A DNA stretch of 64,000 nucleotides, taken from NCBI GenBank assembly GCA_016188385.1, contig JACPHV010000021.1, forward strand, positions 2,649 through 66,648. The letters run 5' to 3'. Source of the DNA: Candidatus Uhrbacteria bacterium (GTDB lineage Bacteria > Patescibacteriota > Patescibacteriia > JACQRZ01). The notes beneath the pieces were generated by a model. That model was not told the DNA's origin and searched no databases. It worked only from the letters and a program-made list of their open reading frames with translations. Made by a program: the position numbers and the translations under genes. Positions 10,501 to 19,700 of this stretch are shown here, one piece after another; the stretch's first letter is position 1, and each line of letters opens with the position of its first letter.

Positions 10501-10623
10501 GATTTCAGTGATCACGATATCGGAAGCTGCAGCGTACGCGGGACGGGAAAACATCGGCGATACTGCCAATACAAAGCTTATACATACAGAAAGAATCGTG
10601 AGACCTCTATGGTGCATACGCAA
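7540..10623 (-). CDS. Secreted/membrane-anchored lamin-tail-domain (LTD) repeat protein with a PKD domain
   Basis: Signal peptide present. At least four LTD-like repeats (ITEI...EWIEIYN...IDITGW; VINEF...EWVELYN; ISELF...EFIELYN...IDIDGWRL; FFNEL...EFIELYN). PKD-like segment YEWDFGDGSP...YEIALTV. C-terminal TM helix. Confidence 0.65.
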   Translation of the reverse strand: MRMHHRGLTILSVCISFVLAVSPMFSRPAYAAASDIVITEIAAYEKSEHEWIEIYNKGSSSIDITGWKFVEDGTNHGLKEYRGDLTIDPGEYAVIADNAAATAADYPAFTGTLIDSAWQTLRADGEAIALASADGSIIEQFTYLPAPDGSLQRISADINDYTGANWIESAAGTNTIGAKNVYEMAADNPPVDGQSDQVASSSAPNATIQSPWKPAWGDVVINEFVADPGDDPREWVELYNNSPVPIDLKEWFLEDGSRNTIKLSEILGVSGSARFAVFEFKNAMLNNAGDSITVRDKKGTAIDSVSYGGWDDGVIENNAPRAYAPASVARFPDGRNTFNNADDFHVTVHATPGESNILKEEKSAATPPYQSAIVISELFPYPFPSATSTEEFIELYNSGEEPIDIDGWRLVSGSVSYVISDTHASSTLLAPEAYFIVPRSASAIALKNYGGDSVKLYQKGGEKSVTHASYAIDAPRNKSYARGADDRYAWTETVTPGKPNIMTKQNEPPRIALFAPLSGTVSQELFFDASDTQDPDNDQLAYEWDFGDGSPAVVASLSAVHTYRAVGIYEIALTVRAGVHEKIETRHITIIDSPTPRESIASSVELRKKSEISSSSPSVPTETATSSPTIFFNELLPNPTGPDRGQEFIELYNAGDAAVDISQWIIELQGGRTHYTIPQGSHVPPYGFFVTPTNGRGFVLRNSGDELVLRDWYGTAIDSIDYTESPEGKSFARGEANDWIWTSDISRGVKNIIAGVKISKQVPPNDTVILSESEHTLQQPSAKDKNTASNLPIHDFEQLRGVKQNTPILVRGTVTVPAGLFDPTELYISDGKNGMLVRYAKSDLPKFAIGDFLEARGSFKKYVSGPAVSIGSEGSVRALSNGDGKTVERAQLTIQSINDETLNALATISGEVTQVRWPHIYLKDATGEIRAYVKKSTGIEKMDVQKGQLVDVIGIVGKTASGYRILPRTADDIVITSSRRVEVTENPEYTIVARHATLPSYGVAALVAITVVFGGLFLQYYQRKRNE

Positions 10624-10675
10624 AACAGTATAACAGACTCATTGTAGAAACGCAGCTGCAGGGCCTCCGGTACTC

Positions 10676-12901
10676 TCAAGAGAGCATTGCCAATACGATA
10701 CGGCGAAGCTCTTTTGGCGAGGCAAGCAGATATTTTGCAGCAGTTGGATTTTTGCCTATTTTGAATGAGTACGCATGATTGGGCAGAGCGGTGAAAAGAT
10801 CTTCGTCAGTTTCATCGTCACCAGCCGCGAGTATGAAATCGTAGGTGCCTCTTCCAATCCAATGGCGCGCTGCCATGCCTTTCGTCGCCCCTTTGATGCG
10901 CAGCTCAATTACCTTTTTCCCTTGCAGCACCTGAATATCCTGATTCGCGATATAATTGACAAGATCATCTGTTAATTCCTTTGCGCGACGCACCCCCAAT
11001 TCCGCGTCCGCATTGCGATAATGCCAGGCCAACGAATAATCTTTTGTCTCCACAAAGCTGCCTGGGAGTCGGTTCGTATACATCTCCAACAGCGGCACAA
11101 GATGCTCTTTCCATTCAGGCGCCGCTTGAACCGTCTGAATCCATTCTTTTCCCGGCTCGCGAATCCACATCCCATGCTCCGCCACGAGACTGATTTTAAG
11201 CGCTCCAAACCAAGATTCGAGATTTTCTTTTGCTCTTCCGCTCACCAATACCACGGTACATCCCTGCAAAGCGCAGAGGCGCCGCAGAAGAGCTTTGAGA
11301 TGGCCGTTCGGCGCGGCAAGAGGAGGAGACGCGACGATCGGTGTCACCGTGCCGTCATAATCAAAAAAAATCAGGCGCCTTCGCGAACGCTTCCATTGCT
11401 CGATCATAGCGGAACGGATCGATGCGGAAAATGGATGAACCTGCACTGTTCGCCGCTGGCGAGTTGACAGAAGAGTTGTGATAAAATCTTTTCCCCACGC
11501 AACGACATCATAACGTTGCAGACGACGTATCATCATGTCATTACGGCGTATTTGCTCTCGTTTCGGCATAAGAAGAGCTCGTTCGAGCGCATCCGCAATA
11601 TTGCCAACGTGATAAGGATTCACTATGACCGCTTCTCCGAGTTCTTTTGCCGAACCCGTCATTTCGCTTAGGATGAGAACGCCTGTGCGCCCGGCATGGC
11701 ATGCGAGATATTCTTTTGCCACCAAATTCATCCCGTCACGTAGAGGAGTGACGAGCGCCACGTCGCTCCTCTGATAGAGCGCGGTAAGTGCGGGGAAGGC
11801 GAGCTGTGCGTATTGATAACGGATTGGCGTCCAATGCAGCGTTCCATAAGCGCCGTTAATGTTTCCTACAAGTTCATCAAGTTCGCGCTTCATTGCGTGG
11901 TATTGATCTACCTTTACGCGAGAAGGCACAACTACGAGAATGAGCACTACTTTCCCGCGCCACGCGGGATGCGTTTCGAGAAACTGATGGTACCCCTTCA
12001 AACGGTTAAGAATGCCCTTTGTGTAATCCAAACGATCGATTGACGCGATTACACGCAAGCGATCCAGCATCTCCAGATCACGAAATGCGCGCTGCACGGA
12101 CAGTTTATCTCCCGCCGCCGCAAATTTATCAAAATCGATGCCGAGCGGAAAATTGTCTACTTTTACTTTTCTTCCATCAACTTCGAGCATACCGAGCTCA
12201 TGCTCATACCCTAATGTGCGTAAAGCCGATTTCAAAAAATACTTCGCGTAATCATGGGTATGGAATCCGACTATATCCGCTCCGAGCATGCCCTTGATGA
12301 GCGCGATGCGCCATGAATTCGGTAAAATCTGAAATACCTCAAATGAAGGAAATGGAATATGGAGAAAGAATCCGATCGCGTTGCGTGGCAACTTCTGCCG
12401 GAGCATATGCGGCAGGAGCATGAGCTGAAAATCGTGCACCCAAATCAGATCGTTTGGGTTCGCGAGATCAGCAACTGTTTTGCAGAATGCTCGCTGTACA
12501 TGTTCATAGGCCTTCCAATACTCATCCGATAGTACGGTATAGGAAGGGAAATAGTGAAACAACGGCCATAGTGTGCGATTGCAAAAGCCGTTGTAAAAAG
12601 CATTGATGTCTTGAGCCGAAAGAAATACCGGAACAGCCCGATAATCCCGTGTGAGACGAGCGCGTACTTTTCTTTCTCTCGCCGGGCTTACTGCTATACC
12701 GGGACACCCAACCCATACATACTCATCTATCTCTTTCGATGCTTGACCGAGATGCGGGAGAAATGACGCGAGCGCGGAAGCAAGACCGCCCGGACTCTCA
12801 CTTACAAGAAGTTCGCCTTTGCGAAACGTAATCGTATGCGGAAGGCGCCACGAAACAATGATGAGTTTCCTGCGGGATTTTCGTGTGGATGTACTTTTCA
12901 T
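10676..12901 (-). CDS. otsAB: Bifunctional trehalose-6-phosphate synthase / trehalose-6-phosphate phosphatase (OtsA-OtsB fusion)
   Basis: The N-terminal GT20 region (WPLFHY, VHDFQLMLLP, FFLHIPFPS) precedes a C-terminal HAD phosphatase region (IFFDYDGTV, LAAGDDETDEDLF). Confidence 0.85.
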   Translation of the reverse strand: MKSTSTRKSRRKLIIVSWRLPHTITFRKGELLVSESPGGLASALASFLPHLGQASKEIDEYVWVGCPGIAVSPARERKVRARLTRDYRAVPVFLSAQDINAFYNGFCNRTLWPLFHYFPSYTVLSDEYWKAYEHVQRAFCKTVADLANPNDLIWVHDFQLMLLPHMLRQKLPRNAIGFFLHIPFPSFEVFQILPNSWRIALIKGMLGADIVGFHTHDYAKYFLKSALRTLGYEHELGMLEVDGRKVKVDNFPLGIDFDKFAAAGDKLSVQRAFRDLEMLDRLRVIASIDRLDYTKGILNRLKGYHQFLETHPAWRGKVVLILVVVPSRVKVDQYHAMKRELDELVGNINGAYGTLHWTPIRYQYAQLAFPALTALYQRSDVALVTPLRDGMNLVAKEYLACHAGRTGVLILSEMTGSAKELGEAVIVNPYHVGNIADALERALLMPKREQIRRNDMMIRRLQRYDVVAWGKDFITTLLSTRQRRTVQVHPFSASIRSAMIEQWKRSRRRLIFFDYDGTVTPIVASPPLAAPNGHLKALLRRLCALQGCTVVLVSGRAKENLESWFGALKISLVAEHGMWIREPGKEWIQTVQAAPEWKEHLVPLLEMYTNRLPGSFVETKDYSLAWHYRNADAELGVRRAKELTDDLVNYIANQDIQVLQGKKVIELRIKGATKGMAARHWIGRGTYDFILAAGDDETDEDLFTALPNHAYSFKIGKNPTAAKYLLASPKELRRIVLAMLS

Positions 12902-13017
12902 GAAGTGCTCACTACGCTATCATGGTTTCTTCTTTTTGTACAGAAAAAAGACGTGCAGTTTTGTTTGACTACGGAAGACGAGCATGGTTCAATTGGATAA
13001 ACGTAAAAGGCCTCTCT

Positions 13018-14091
13018 ATGAAATTCGTGCCCCGAACCCAACATCAGGAATTGAGCCCGTATCGCAACGTCGAATCCCGAGAACGTATTGACAGAAGCAC
13101 GGAGATCGAGCAAAAACTGGATGAAACGTATGCTGCGTGCGAAAACCTGCGATTGCAACCGGATTTCGAAACTGCCGCGGAAATCAATACTTGTATCTAC
13201 GAATTATACCTCAAAGAACAAGATACGGATCCGCGAACTCGAGAAGCATCGCTTGAGATTTTGCGCGCTGTCGTTGACAGAGTGACATCGGAGATCGGGG
13301 ATGACACACTCTCACGTGTGCTCTACCGTGTCATGCCGCTTGTCAAAATCAAAAATCGGAAACGAGAGCTTGCCGCATATCATAGGAACAAGGGGGAAAT
13401 CACGCTTCATCCTGATTTTTCTTCTTCTCTTGCGCCATCACAAGTATTGAAATCGTTTCATGAGCTTGGCAGCCATCCACCCTTTGTCATCCTCCACCAT
13501 GAATACATCCATAGCCTGCAGAACGACTTGCCTCACGAGGAAGCAAAAAAAGCAATTCGTGAAACAATGATGCTTGCATTTGGGAGTGCGCTTCTTTTTT
13601 CCGTTGTGGATCGCGTTATTCCCGGAGCAACAATCGCTCTGGTCGGATCTTACGCATTGTACCTAAGTCGTGATCAAACGATACGCAAGATATTAGGTGA
13701 GACTCAAGCGTTCATTGGAGCGTTTCGTGCCGCGCCTACTCCACAGGAATCCATAGTGTCATACGTTGAGGAAATAATACGGACGGGATATACCAAAGGA
13801 CGGCGCTCGGATATGGAAAAATTCGCGATCGCGTATGATGATACTCGAATACTTTATGCCCTCGGCTACTCTGACGCGGAGATCGGCAGGCTCGTGAAAG
13901 ACGCGCGATGGAATCCGAAACGAAAGTGCTATGACACGATCGAATATGAAATCAATCGAGCCAAGATAGAGCAAAACTATACTGAATCGGATATCGACAA
14001 TCTGGTTGCGCTTGATGACTTAGAGCGGTATCGCCGATTGATAATGATCCAACGCATTACGGAGCAAGAACTCTTAAAGGGAAAAAGGTAA
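13018..14091 (+). CDS. Hypothetical protein with an HExxH motif
   Basis: No recognisable family. HHEYIH (HExxH) lies in the middle of the protein. The start was moved to internal MKFVPR (the track ORF begins at 12922, adjacent to the otsAB stop). Confidence 0.35.
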   Translation: MKFVPRTQHQELSPYRNVESRERIDRSTEIEQKLDETYAACENLRLQPDFETAAEINTCIYELYLKEQDTDPRTREASLEILRAVVDRVTSEIGDDTLSRVLYRVMPLVKIKNRKRELAAYHRNKGEITLHPDFSSSLAPSQVLKSFHELGSHPPFVILHHEYIHSLQNDLPHEEAKKAIRETMMLAFGSALLFSVVDRVIPGATIALVGSYALYLSRDQTIRKILGETQAFIGAFRAAPTPQESIVSYVEEIIRTGYTKGRRSDMEKFAIAYDDTRILYALGYSDAEIGRLVKDARWNPKRKCYDTIEYEINRAKIEQNYTESDIDNLVALDDLERYRRLIMIQRITEQELLKGKR

Positions 14092-14164
14092 ATGCGTTAT
14101 GGAAATCACTTGTTTTGCCTTGTCGCACTGATTTAATGAATGGTATACTTACAGTGCATCCTAT

Positions 14165-14213
14165 CATTTCCGATTCAATTTCATTCCAAAAAGGATGATG
14201 AACGCGAAGGAAT
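14165..14213 (+). repeat. Partial copy (left half) of the MITE-like repeat, copy B
   Basis: A 49 nt stretch TCATTTCCGATTCAATTTCATTCCAAAAAGGATGATGAACGCGAAGGAATA matches copies A and C. The partner arm is absent. It is intergenic. Confidence 0.5.
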
Positions 14214-14245
14214 AAGCGATACATACCATTGAGTGCTTCACGCGT

Positions 14246-15619
14246 ATGAAAGGTGAACGTCCCGTTTCAAAACTCTATTTCCACGGAGGCGCCGGGGGAG
14301 TGACTGGCGCCAATTACATTTTGGAGGTCGGCGACTACCGGCTGATGATAGACTGCGGCTTATTTCAGGGCGGCCGTTTTGCTGAAAGGCAAAATCTTGA
14401 ACCGTTCTCTTATGATCCGGCGCGTGTGCATTCACTCTTCGTGACACATGCGCACATCGACCACATCGGACGGATTCCGAAGCTATACAGCGACGGATTC
14501 CGAGGAGTGATCTATTCCACTCCTCCGGCTGCAGATCTTGCCCGAGTCATGCTGGAAGATGCGCTCAAAATCATGGAACATGAGATAGAAAAAGAAGGTG
14601 GCGCCTGCCTGTATTCGCGGCATGATTTAACGGAAGCGCTCAAGCTGTTTCAGCCTGTTGATTATGACACAGAAATCCGCCTCCCGGGAGGGATAACCGC
14701 AACATTGCGCAACTCCGCCCATATCCTCGGATCCGCCATGATCGAAATCCAGACAGATAGTTATAAGATCGTATTCACCGGCGATATAGGCAATACTCCA
14801 ACCCCCCTTCTCAATGACATCTATCCAATGAAAGAAACAGACTATCTTTCGATGGAGTCCGTATATGGAAACCGATTTCATGAGGGGTCGGAAGAACGCC
14901 ACTTGATATTGGAGCGCGTCATTGAAGATACGGTGACGAAAGGCGGCACCATCATTATTCCAACGTTTGCGCTTGAACGCACGCAGGCGCTGCTTGCCGA
15001 ACTCAACGAGCTGATCGAGAATAATCGTATTCCGCGAATTCCTGTCTTTTTGGATAGCCCATTAGCAATCAACGCGACTGAAGTATACAAAAAGCATGAA
15101 AGGTATTTTAATCCCCAGAGCCAAGTTGCGATACAAAAAGGCGATGATCTTTTTCGCTTTCCGGGACTGGTCATGACGCCTTCGCGGCAAGAATCGCAAA
15201 AAATTAACAAAGTTGAAAAATCAAAAATTATCATGGCGGGCAATCCCCATGGATATGGCAGCCGCATTATGTATCATTTTGCGCGATATCTGCCTGACGA
15301 ACACAGCACCGTGCTTTTTGTCGGCTTTCCTCGCATCAGCAGTCTGGGAAGACGCCTGACTGATGGCGCCACCGAAGTGCGCGTCCAAGGCAGGCAAACG
15401 CCGGTACGCGCAAAGATCGTAAATATCTCCAGCTATTCCGCGCACGCGGACCAAACGCAATTAAAGAATTTCGTTGCTCGATTTGCAAAGCCGGTAAAGA
15501 TGGTATTTGCTACGATGGGCGAAGAAACTTCCGCTGAAACTTTGGCGCGAGTTATCCGAGACGAGCTTGGTATCAACGCCACTGTTCCTAAGATCGGCGA
15601 TATGATACCATTGGATTAA
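14246..15619 (+). CDS. MBL-fold / beta-CASP RNA-metabolising metallo-hydrolase (RNase J/CPSF-like)
   Basis: HAHIDHIG metallo-beta-lactamase motif with beta-CASP-like downstream region, ~457 aa. Confidence 0.65.
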   Translation: MKGERPVSKLYFHGGAGGVTGANYILEVGDYRLMIDCGLFQGGRFAERQNLEPFSYDPARVHSLFVTHAHIDHIGRIPKLYSDGFRGVIYSTPPAADLARVMLEDALKIMEHEIEKEGGACLYSRHDLTEALKLFQPVDYDTEIRLPGGITATLRNSAHILGSAMIEIQTDSYKIVFTGDIGNTPTPLLNDIYPMKETDYLSMESVYGNRFHEGSEERHLILERVIEDTVTKGGTIIIPTFALERTQALLAELNELIENNRIPRIPVFLDSPLAINATEVYKKHERYFNPQSQVAIQKGDDLFRFPGLVMTPSRQESQKINKVEKSKIIMAGNPHGYGSRIMYHFARYLPDEHSTVLFVGFPRISSLGRRLTDGATEVRVQGRQTPVRAKIVNISSYSAHADQTQLKNFVARFAKPVKMVFATMGEETSAETLARVIRDELGINATVPKIGDMIPLD

Positions 15620-15639
15620 TCATGTGCTAAGTCGTTGTT

Positions 15640-16311
15640 ATGGCGGAAAAAAAACCGATCGCTTTGAAGGGTATTCCTCTCGCGCGGGACAATGATATTG
15701 TCAAAAGCTATCTGAAATACAAAATCTGCATTTCGGGATCTGCGGACACAACCCATTGCGCAAAAGACGCGCTTGAAAAGGCGAAAGAAGTTGGCAGACA
15801 GGTTGTCGCGCATAATGGAGTTGTCGTCACTGGCGCTACCACCGGTATTCCGTATTGGGCAGCGATTGGGGCAAAAGAAGCCGGGGGGATCAGTATCGGC
15901 ATCTCACCTGCCGCTTCTGAAATATCCCATGTCCGTTCCTATCGTTTGCCGGTAGACTACTTTGACCTCATTATGTATACCGGTTTTGAGTACTCCGGCC
16001 GTAATTTGCTGCTCATCAGAAGCTCTGACGCGGTAATAGAGATTTGCGGAAGGATCGGCACGCTCAATGAATTTACGATCGCGTTTGAGGATAACAAACC
16101 AATCGGCATTCTCGAAGGTTGTGGCGGCACAACTGATATGATCAGGGAAATCATCGAGCAAGGGCACCGCGGACCGGGGAAAATCATCTACGACACTGAT
16201 CCAAAAGCACTCGTGGAACGGCTTCTTGAAATCATCGATAAAGAAAAAGTGGTTCCGATGCCAAAACATGATTATCTGGCACCGCGGACTCGTGGGCGCA
16301 AACGAGGATAA
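15640..16311 (+). CDS. LOG/TIGR00725-like Rossmann-fold protein
   Basis: TGATTGIPYWAAIGAKEAGG and a GRIGTLNEF motif resemble the LOG / lysine-decarboxylase-like fold. Confidence 0.5.
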   Translation: MAEKKPIALKGIPLARDNDIVKSYLKYKICISGSADTTHCAKDALEKAKEVGRQVVAHNGVVVTGATTGIPYWAAIGAKEAGGISIGISPAASEISHVRSYRLPVDYFDLIMYTGFEYSGRNLLLIRSSDAVIEICGRIGTLNEFTIAFEDNKPIGILEGCGGTTDMIREIIEQGHRGPGKIIYDTDPKALVERLLEIIDKEKVVPMPKHDYLAPRTRGRKRG

Positions 16312-16315
16312 TACT

Positions 16316-16768
16316 ATGCTCTACATCGCTTCTGATCACGCGGGATTTGAGTTAAAAGAATACTTAAAACAATCTCTTGCAAAACGCGGATTGAAAATTA
16401 AGGACTTTGGCGCGCGGATCTATAATAAAGAAGATGATTACCCTGATTTTATTATCCCGCTTGCCAAAACGGTCGGAAAAAATCCCACGCGCAACCGCGG
16501 CATTATCCTTGGCGGCTCCGGACAAGGAGAACAGATTGCCGCGAATAAAATTCGCGGCGTGCGCGCGGCTCTCTACTACGGAGGGCCGATTGATATCGTC
16601 ACGTTGTCAAAGACACATAACAATACGAATATCCTTTCACTGGGGGCGCGATTCTTAAACAAAAAGGAAGCCCTACGCGCAGTATTGCTATGGATTGGCA
16701 CATCGTTTGCCAACGTCACGCGCCATAAACGGCGGATAAAAAAAATCGATGAATTCACGAAGCAATGA
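16316..16768 (+). CDS. rpiB: Ribose-5-phosphate isomerase B
   Basis: MLYIASDHAGFELKEYL and GIILGGSGQGEQIAANKIRGVRAAL are diagnostic RpiB/LacAB motifs. The start was set to the internal Met preceded by GAGGA. Confidence 0.85.
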   Translation: MLYIASDHAGFELKEYLKQSLAKRGLKIKDFGARIYNKEDDYPDFIIPLAKTVGKNPTRNRGIILGGSGQGEQIAANKIRGVRAALYYGGPIDIVTLSKTHNNTNILSLGARFLNKKEALRAVLLWIGTSFANVTRHKRRIKKIDEFTKQ

Positions 16769-17400
16769 AATCTCTGAAGCGATATTTCAAACCGGCGCTG
16801 TTGGTATATTCACGCGAAGAAGGAGAAAAGAAAGTCGCCTTTATTGCGAAACGGTACCCTCGCGCGTGGGTACATATCGATGTAATGGATCATGAATTCG
16901 TACCAAATACCTGCTGGTGTTCCGCGAGCGGATTTGCGGGACTTGAGATAAAAAATCCACAGGAAATCCATCTCATGGTGCTCCACCCCGAGAAATATCT
17001 AAAAAAATGGAAACGCGCGGGAGCACAACGGATCGTGTTTCATTTTGAGTCGACACATGCGCCCATTCAGGTCGCACGCGCGATCCGTAAACTCGGCATG
17101 GAAGCAGTCATCGCATTAAACCCTGATACTCCCGTGATCAAGGTACGGTTGCTCCTCAATGAAATAGATGGTATACTCTTCATGGGCGTGTATCCCGGAT
17201 TAGCTGGACAGAAATTCATACCCGCAACTATTCTAAAAATAAAAAAAGCGCGCGCGTATGCCGCTACCAAACCAATTACCGTCGATGGAGGAGTTACGTT
17301 CCAAAATGCAGCAGATCTTATCGACGCTGGCGCAACAGAGCTGGTCTCTACCAGCGCTATCTTTGGCGAACGTTTCAAAAAAAAATCGCGGCCAGTGTGA
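16765..17400 (+). CDS. rpe: Ribulose-phosphate 3-epimerase
   Basis: HIDVMDHEFVPN and the C-terminal DGGV motif are present. A 4-nt ATGA overlap with rpiB is present. Confidence 0.85.
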   Translation: MKSLKRYFKPALLVYSREEGEKKVAFIAKRYPRAWVHIDVMDHEFVPNTCWCSASGFAGLEIKNPQEIHLMVLHPEKYLKKWKRAGAQRIVFHFESTHAPIQVARAIRKLGMEAVIALNPDTPVIKVRLLLNEIDGILFMGVYPGLAGQKFIPATILKIKKARAYAATKPITVDGGVTFQNAADLIDAGATELVSTSAIFGERFKKKSRPV

Positions 17401-17404
17401 TGAC

Positions 17405-18124
17405 TTGTGCGCGTATCCGAAAAAAATCAGCGTCATAATTCCTGCGTATAACGAAGAATCTTTTTTGGCGGACGCTCTCGCCGCGCTTGAACGGCAAACC
17501 TTTCCGCGCGGCGATTTTGAAGTCATCGTTGTTGACAATGCGAGCGCTGACCGCACCTACGATATCGCGTATCTGTACGGAGCGGATATCGTGCTGCGTG
17601 AACCGCGAAAAGGCACAAATCGCGCGCGGCAAACCGGGCTGGAGCACAGCCAGGGAGAAATCGTGGCGTTTCTGGACGCGGATTGCGTGCCGGAACAATG
17701 GTGGCTGGAACGGATCCATAGACGACTGCATAGAAAATACAATCGGTGCGCCGCGATTGCGGGGTCGTATATGTTTAATTGGGATGCGGGCGAAACATTT
17801 TTTATCGGACAACTTTTATATCAATGGATCGTGTTACCGCCATTCAGCTCGATCATGGGATATATTTTCAAACGAGGAGGGATTTTATACGGCGGCAACT
17901 TCGCGACATTCCGTAAACATTTTGAACAAGTTCAAGGGATCGATACGTCATTCACTTTTTTCGGGGACGACGCAAGCATTGCGCGGCGACTCGGCGCGTT
18001 GGGTCCGGTGGAGTTTGATCCCACCCTCTATGTCGCAAGCTCCGCGCGGCGCTTCACGCGAGACGGCATTTTTAAGACGAATTGGGAATATACGAAAAAT
18101 TACTTTAAGGTGATGATGAAATGA
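17405..18124 (+). CDS. Family 2 glycosyltransferase
   Basis: KISVIIPAYNE, VVDNASAD and a DAD motif are present. The track ORF starts inside rpe at 17258. A TTG at 17405, just after the rpe stop, is the more plausible start, but this is uncertain. Confidence 0.65.
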   Translation: MCAYPKKISVIIPAYNEESFLADALAALERQTFPRGDFEVIVVDNASADRTYDIAYLYGADIVLREPRKGTNRARQTGLEHSQGEIVAFLDADCVPEQWWLERIHRRLHRKYNRCAAIAGSYMFNWDAGETFFIGQLLYQWIVLPPFSSIMGYIFKRGGILYGGNFATFRKHFEQVQGIDTSFTFFGDDASIARRLGALGPVEFDPTLYVASSARRFTRDGIFKTNWEYTKNYFKVMMK

Positions 18125-18978
18125 TCATCCATGATCGAAAAGTAAAACAGCTCGAAAAACTCGCAAACACCATCCGCCAAGACATTATCAAAATGTTGGT
18201 CAAAGCGGGGTCTGGACACTCGGCAGGACCGCTGGATATGGCGGATGTCTTCACAGCGCTGTATTTCCATATTCTGCACCACCGACCAAAGCAGCCGCAG
18301 TGGGAGGGACGCGATCGCCTCATTCTCTCCTGCGGTCATATTTGTCCCGTGCGCTATGCGGCAATGGCGCGCGCAGGATATTTCCCGCTCAAAACTCTTG
18401 CGACGCTCCGCCAACTTGGTTCACCTCTCCAAGGACATCCCGAGCTGCATAAACTTCCTGCGGTAGAAAACACCAGTGGCCCCCTTGCGCAAGGAACATC
18501 GATCGCTGTTGGCATGGCGCTTGCCGGAAAAATGGATAACAAAAAATGGCACGTGTACGGCGTGCTCTCTGATGGGGAGCATCAGGAGGGACAAACATGG
18601 GAAGCGGTCATGTTTGCGGGGAACAAGGGGCTCAACAATCTTACTTTTCTTGTTGATCGGAACAATATTCAAATTGATGGCGTGACTGAACAGGTGATGC
18701 CACTGGAACCCTTCGCCGACAAGTATCGCGCCTTTAACTGGCATGTCATTGAGGTTGACGGCCACAACATACGAGAAATTGTCGATGCATGCGAGCAGGC
18801 AAAACGAATAGTTGAAAAACCAACCGTGATCATCTGCCACACCATCCCCGGCCGCGGAGTTGAGTTTATGGAGAAGAAGTATGAGTGGCATGGCATCCCG
18901 CCGAATGTTGAGCAGGCAGAGCTGGCATTAAAAGAGCTACGAACCCTGCGCGGAAAAATAACAAGCGAACATGAATAA
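18121..18978 (+). CDS. tktN: Transketolase, N-terminal (TPP-binding) subunit of a split enzyme
   Basis: GSGHSAGPLDMAD and GVLSDGEHQEG (the GDG TPP motif) are present. At 285 aa it matches the length of split-transketolase N-subunits. Confidence 0.85.
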   Translation: MIIHDRKVKQLEKLANTIRQDIIKMLVKAGSGHSAGPLDMADVFTALYFHILHHRPKQPQWEGRDRLILSCGHICPVRYAAMARAGYFPLKTLATLRQLGSPLQGHPELHKLPAVENTSGPLAQGTSIAVGMALAGKMDNKKWHVYGVLSDGEHQEGQTWEAVMFAGNKGLNNLTFLVDRNNIQIDGVTEQVMPLEPFADKYRAFNWHVIEVDGHNIREIVDACEQAKRIVEKPTVIICHTIPGRGVEFMEKKYEWHGIPPNVEQAELALKELRTLRGKITSEHE

Positions 18979-18987
18979 GTCGGAAAG

Positions 18988-19518
18988 ATGAAAATCAAAA
19001 ACGAAACTATCTGCTATATTGACGGAGCGAATCTCTATAAAGGAATAACTTCCCTAGGGTGGGAACTTAATTATCAAGTGTTCCGACGTTGGTTGGATCA
19101 AAAATACGCTGCTACAAAAGTGTACCTGTTTATTGGAATGATTTCTGCGCATGCGGATTTATATACTACGCTTCAACGATGCGGATTCACACTTATTTTC
19201 AAGGAAGTGATTTTTTATGAGGACGGGAAAGCAAAAGGAAATTGTGACGCGGATCTCATTGTACGGGCGGCGCGCGACTTATACGAATCGGGCGTACGGT
19301 CGGTGATATTGGTAAGCAGCGACGGAGATTACGTACCGCTCATTAAGCTTTGGCGTGAAAAAAATACGCGATGCATTGTTCTTTCGCCATCTAAAATAAA
19401 AAATTGTTCCATCCTTATCAAGCGTACTGGCGTGCCAATCGTTTGCCTTGATGAAATCAAAAAAAAGCTAGGCTACTCTAAAAATAAAAAGGCCCCCGAT
19501 ACAGGCGTACCTGCATAA
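18988..19518 (+). CDS. NYN (LabA/PIN-like nuclease) domain protein
   Basis: ICYIDGANLY ... CDADLIV ... VSSDGDYVPLI are NYN-domain acidic-residue motifs. The gene is low in GC relative to its flanks. Confidence 0.65.
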   Translation: MKIKNETICYIDGANLYKGITSLGWELNYQVFRRWLDQKYAATKVYLFIGMISAHADLYTTLQRCGFTLIFKEVIFYEDGKAKGNCDADLIVRAARDLYESGVRSVILVSSDGDYVPLIKLWREKNTRCIVLSPSKIKNCSILIKRTGVPIVCLDEIKKKLGYSKNKKAPDTGVPA

Positions 19519-19594
19519 GGGTCCTTTTCGTAGTGAATAATATTAGCATAACAGCCCAAAAAAAAATGTCAACAATTTTGGAAAAAAATAAAAA

Positions 19595-19678
19595 TGGCAC
19601 GGCATTCCGCCAAATGTTGAGCAAGTGCATGAGGTGTTGCGTGATTTACGTACGTTGCGCGGGAAAAATAATCAGTGA
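19595..19678 (+). pseudogene. Diverged duplicate of the 3' end of tktN (encodes WHGIPPNVEQVHEVLRDLRTLRGKNNQ*)
   Basis: This segment aligns with 18886-18978 (WHGIPPNVEQAELALKELRTLRGKITSEHE*) at both the nucleotide and peptide level. It is an isolated fragment with no upstream tkt sequence. Confidence 0.6.
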
Positions 19679-19700
19679 ATGTGAATGATTATTATCATGT

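Noticed and set aside
12898-13158. 86 aa minus-strand ORF between otsAB and the orphan gene
   Set aside because: It overlaps the N-terminal region of the plus-strand 12922/13018 ORF and has no motif or neighbour support.
17258-17404. Upstream ATG start of the GT2 ORF given in the track
   Set aside because: That start would overlap rpe by 143 nt in a different frame. The conserved GT2 N-terminus (KISVIIPAYNE) begins right after the rpe stop, so a TTG/GTG start near 17405 is more plausible.
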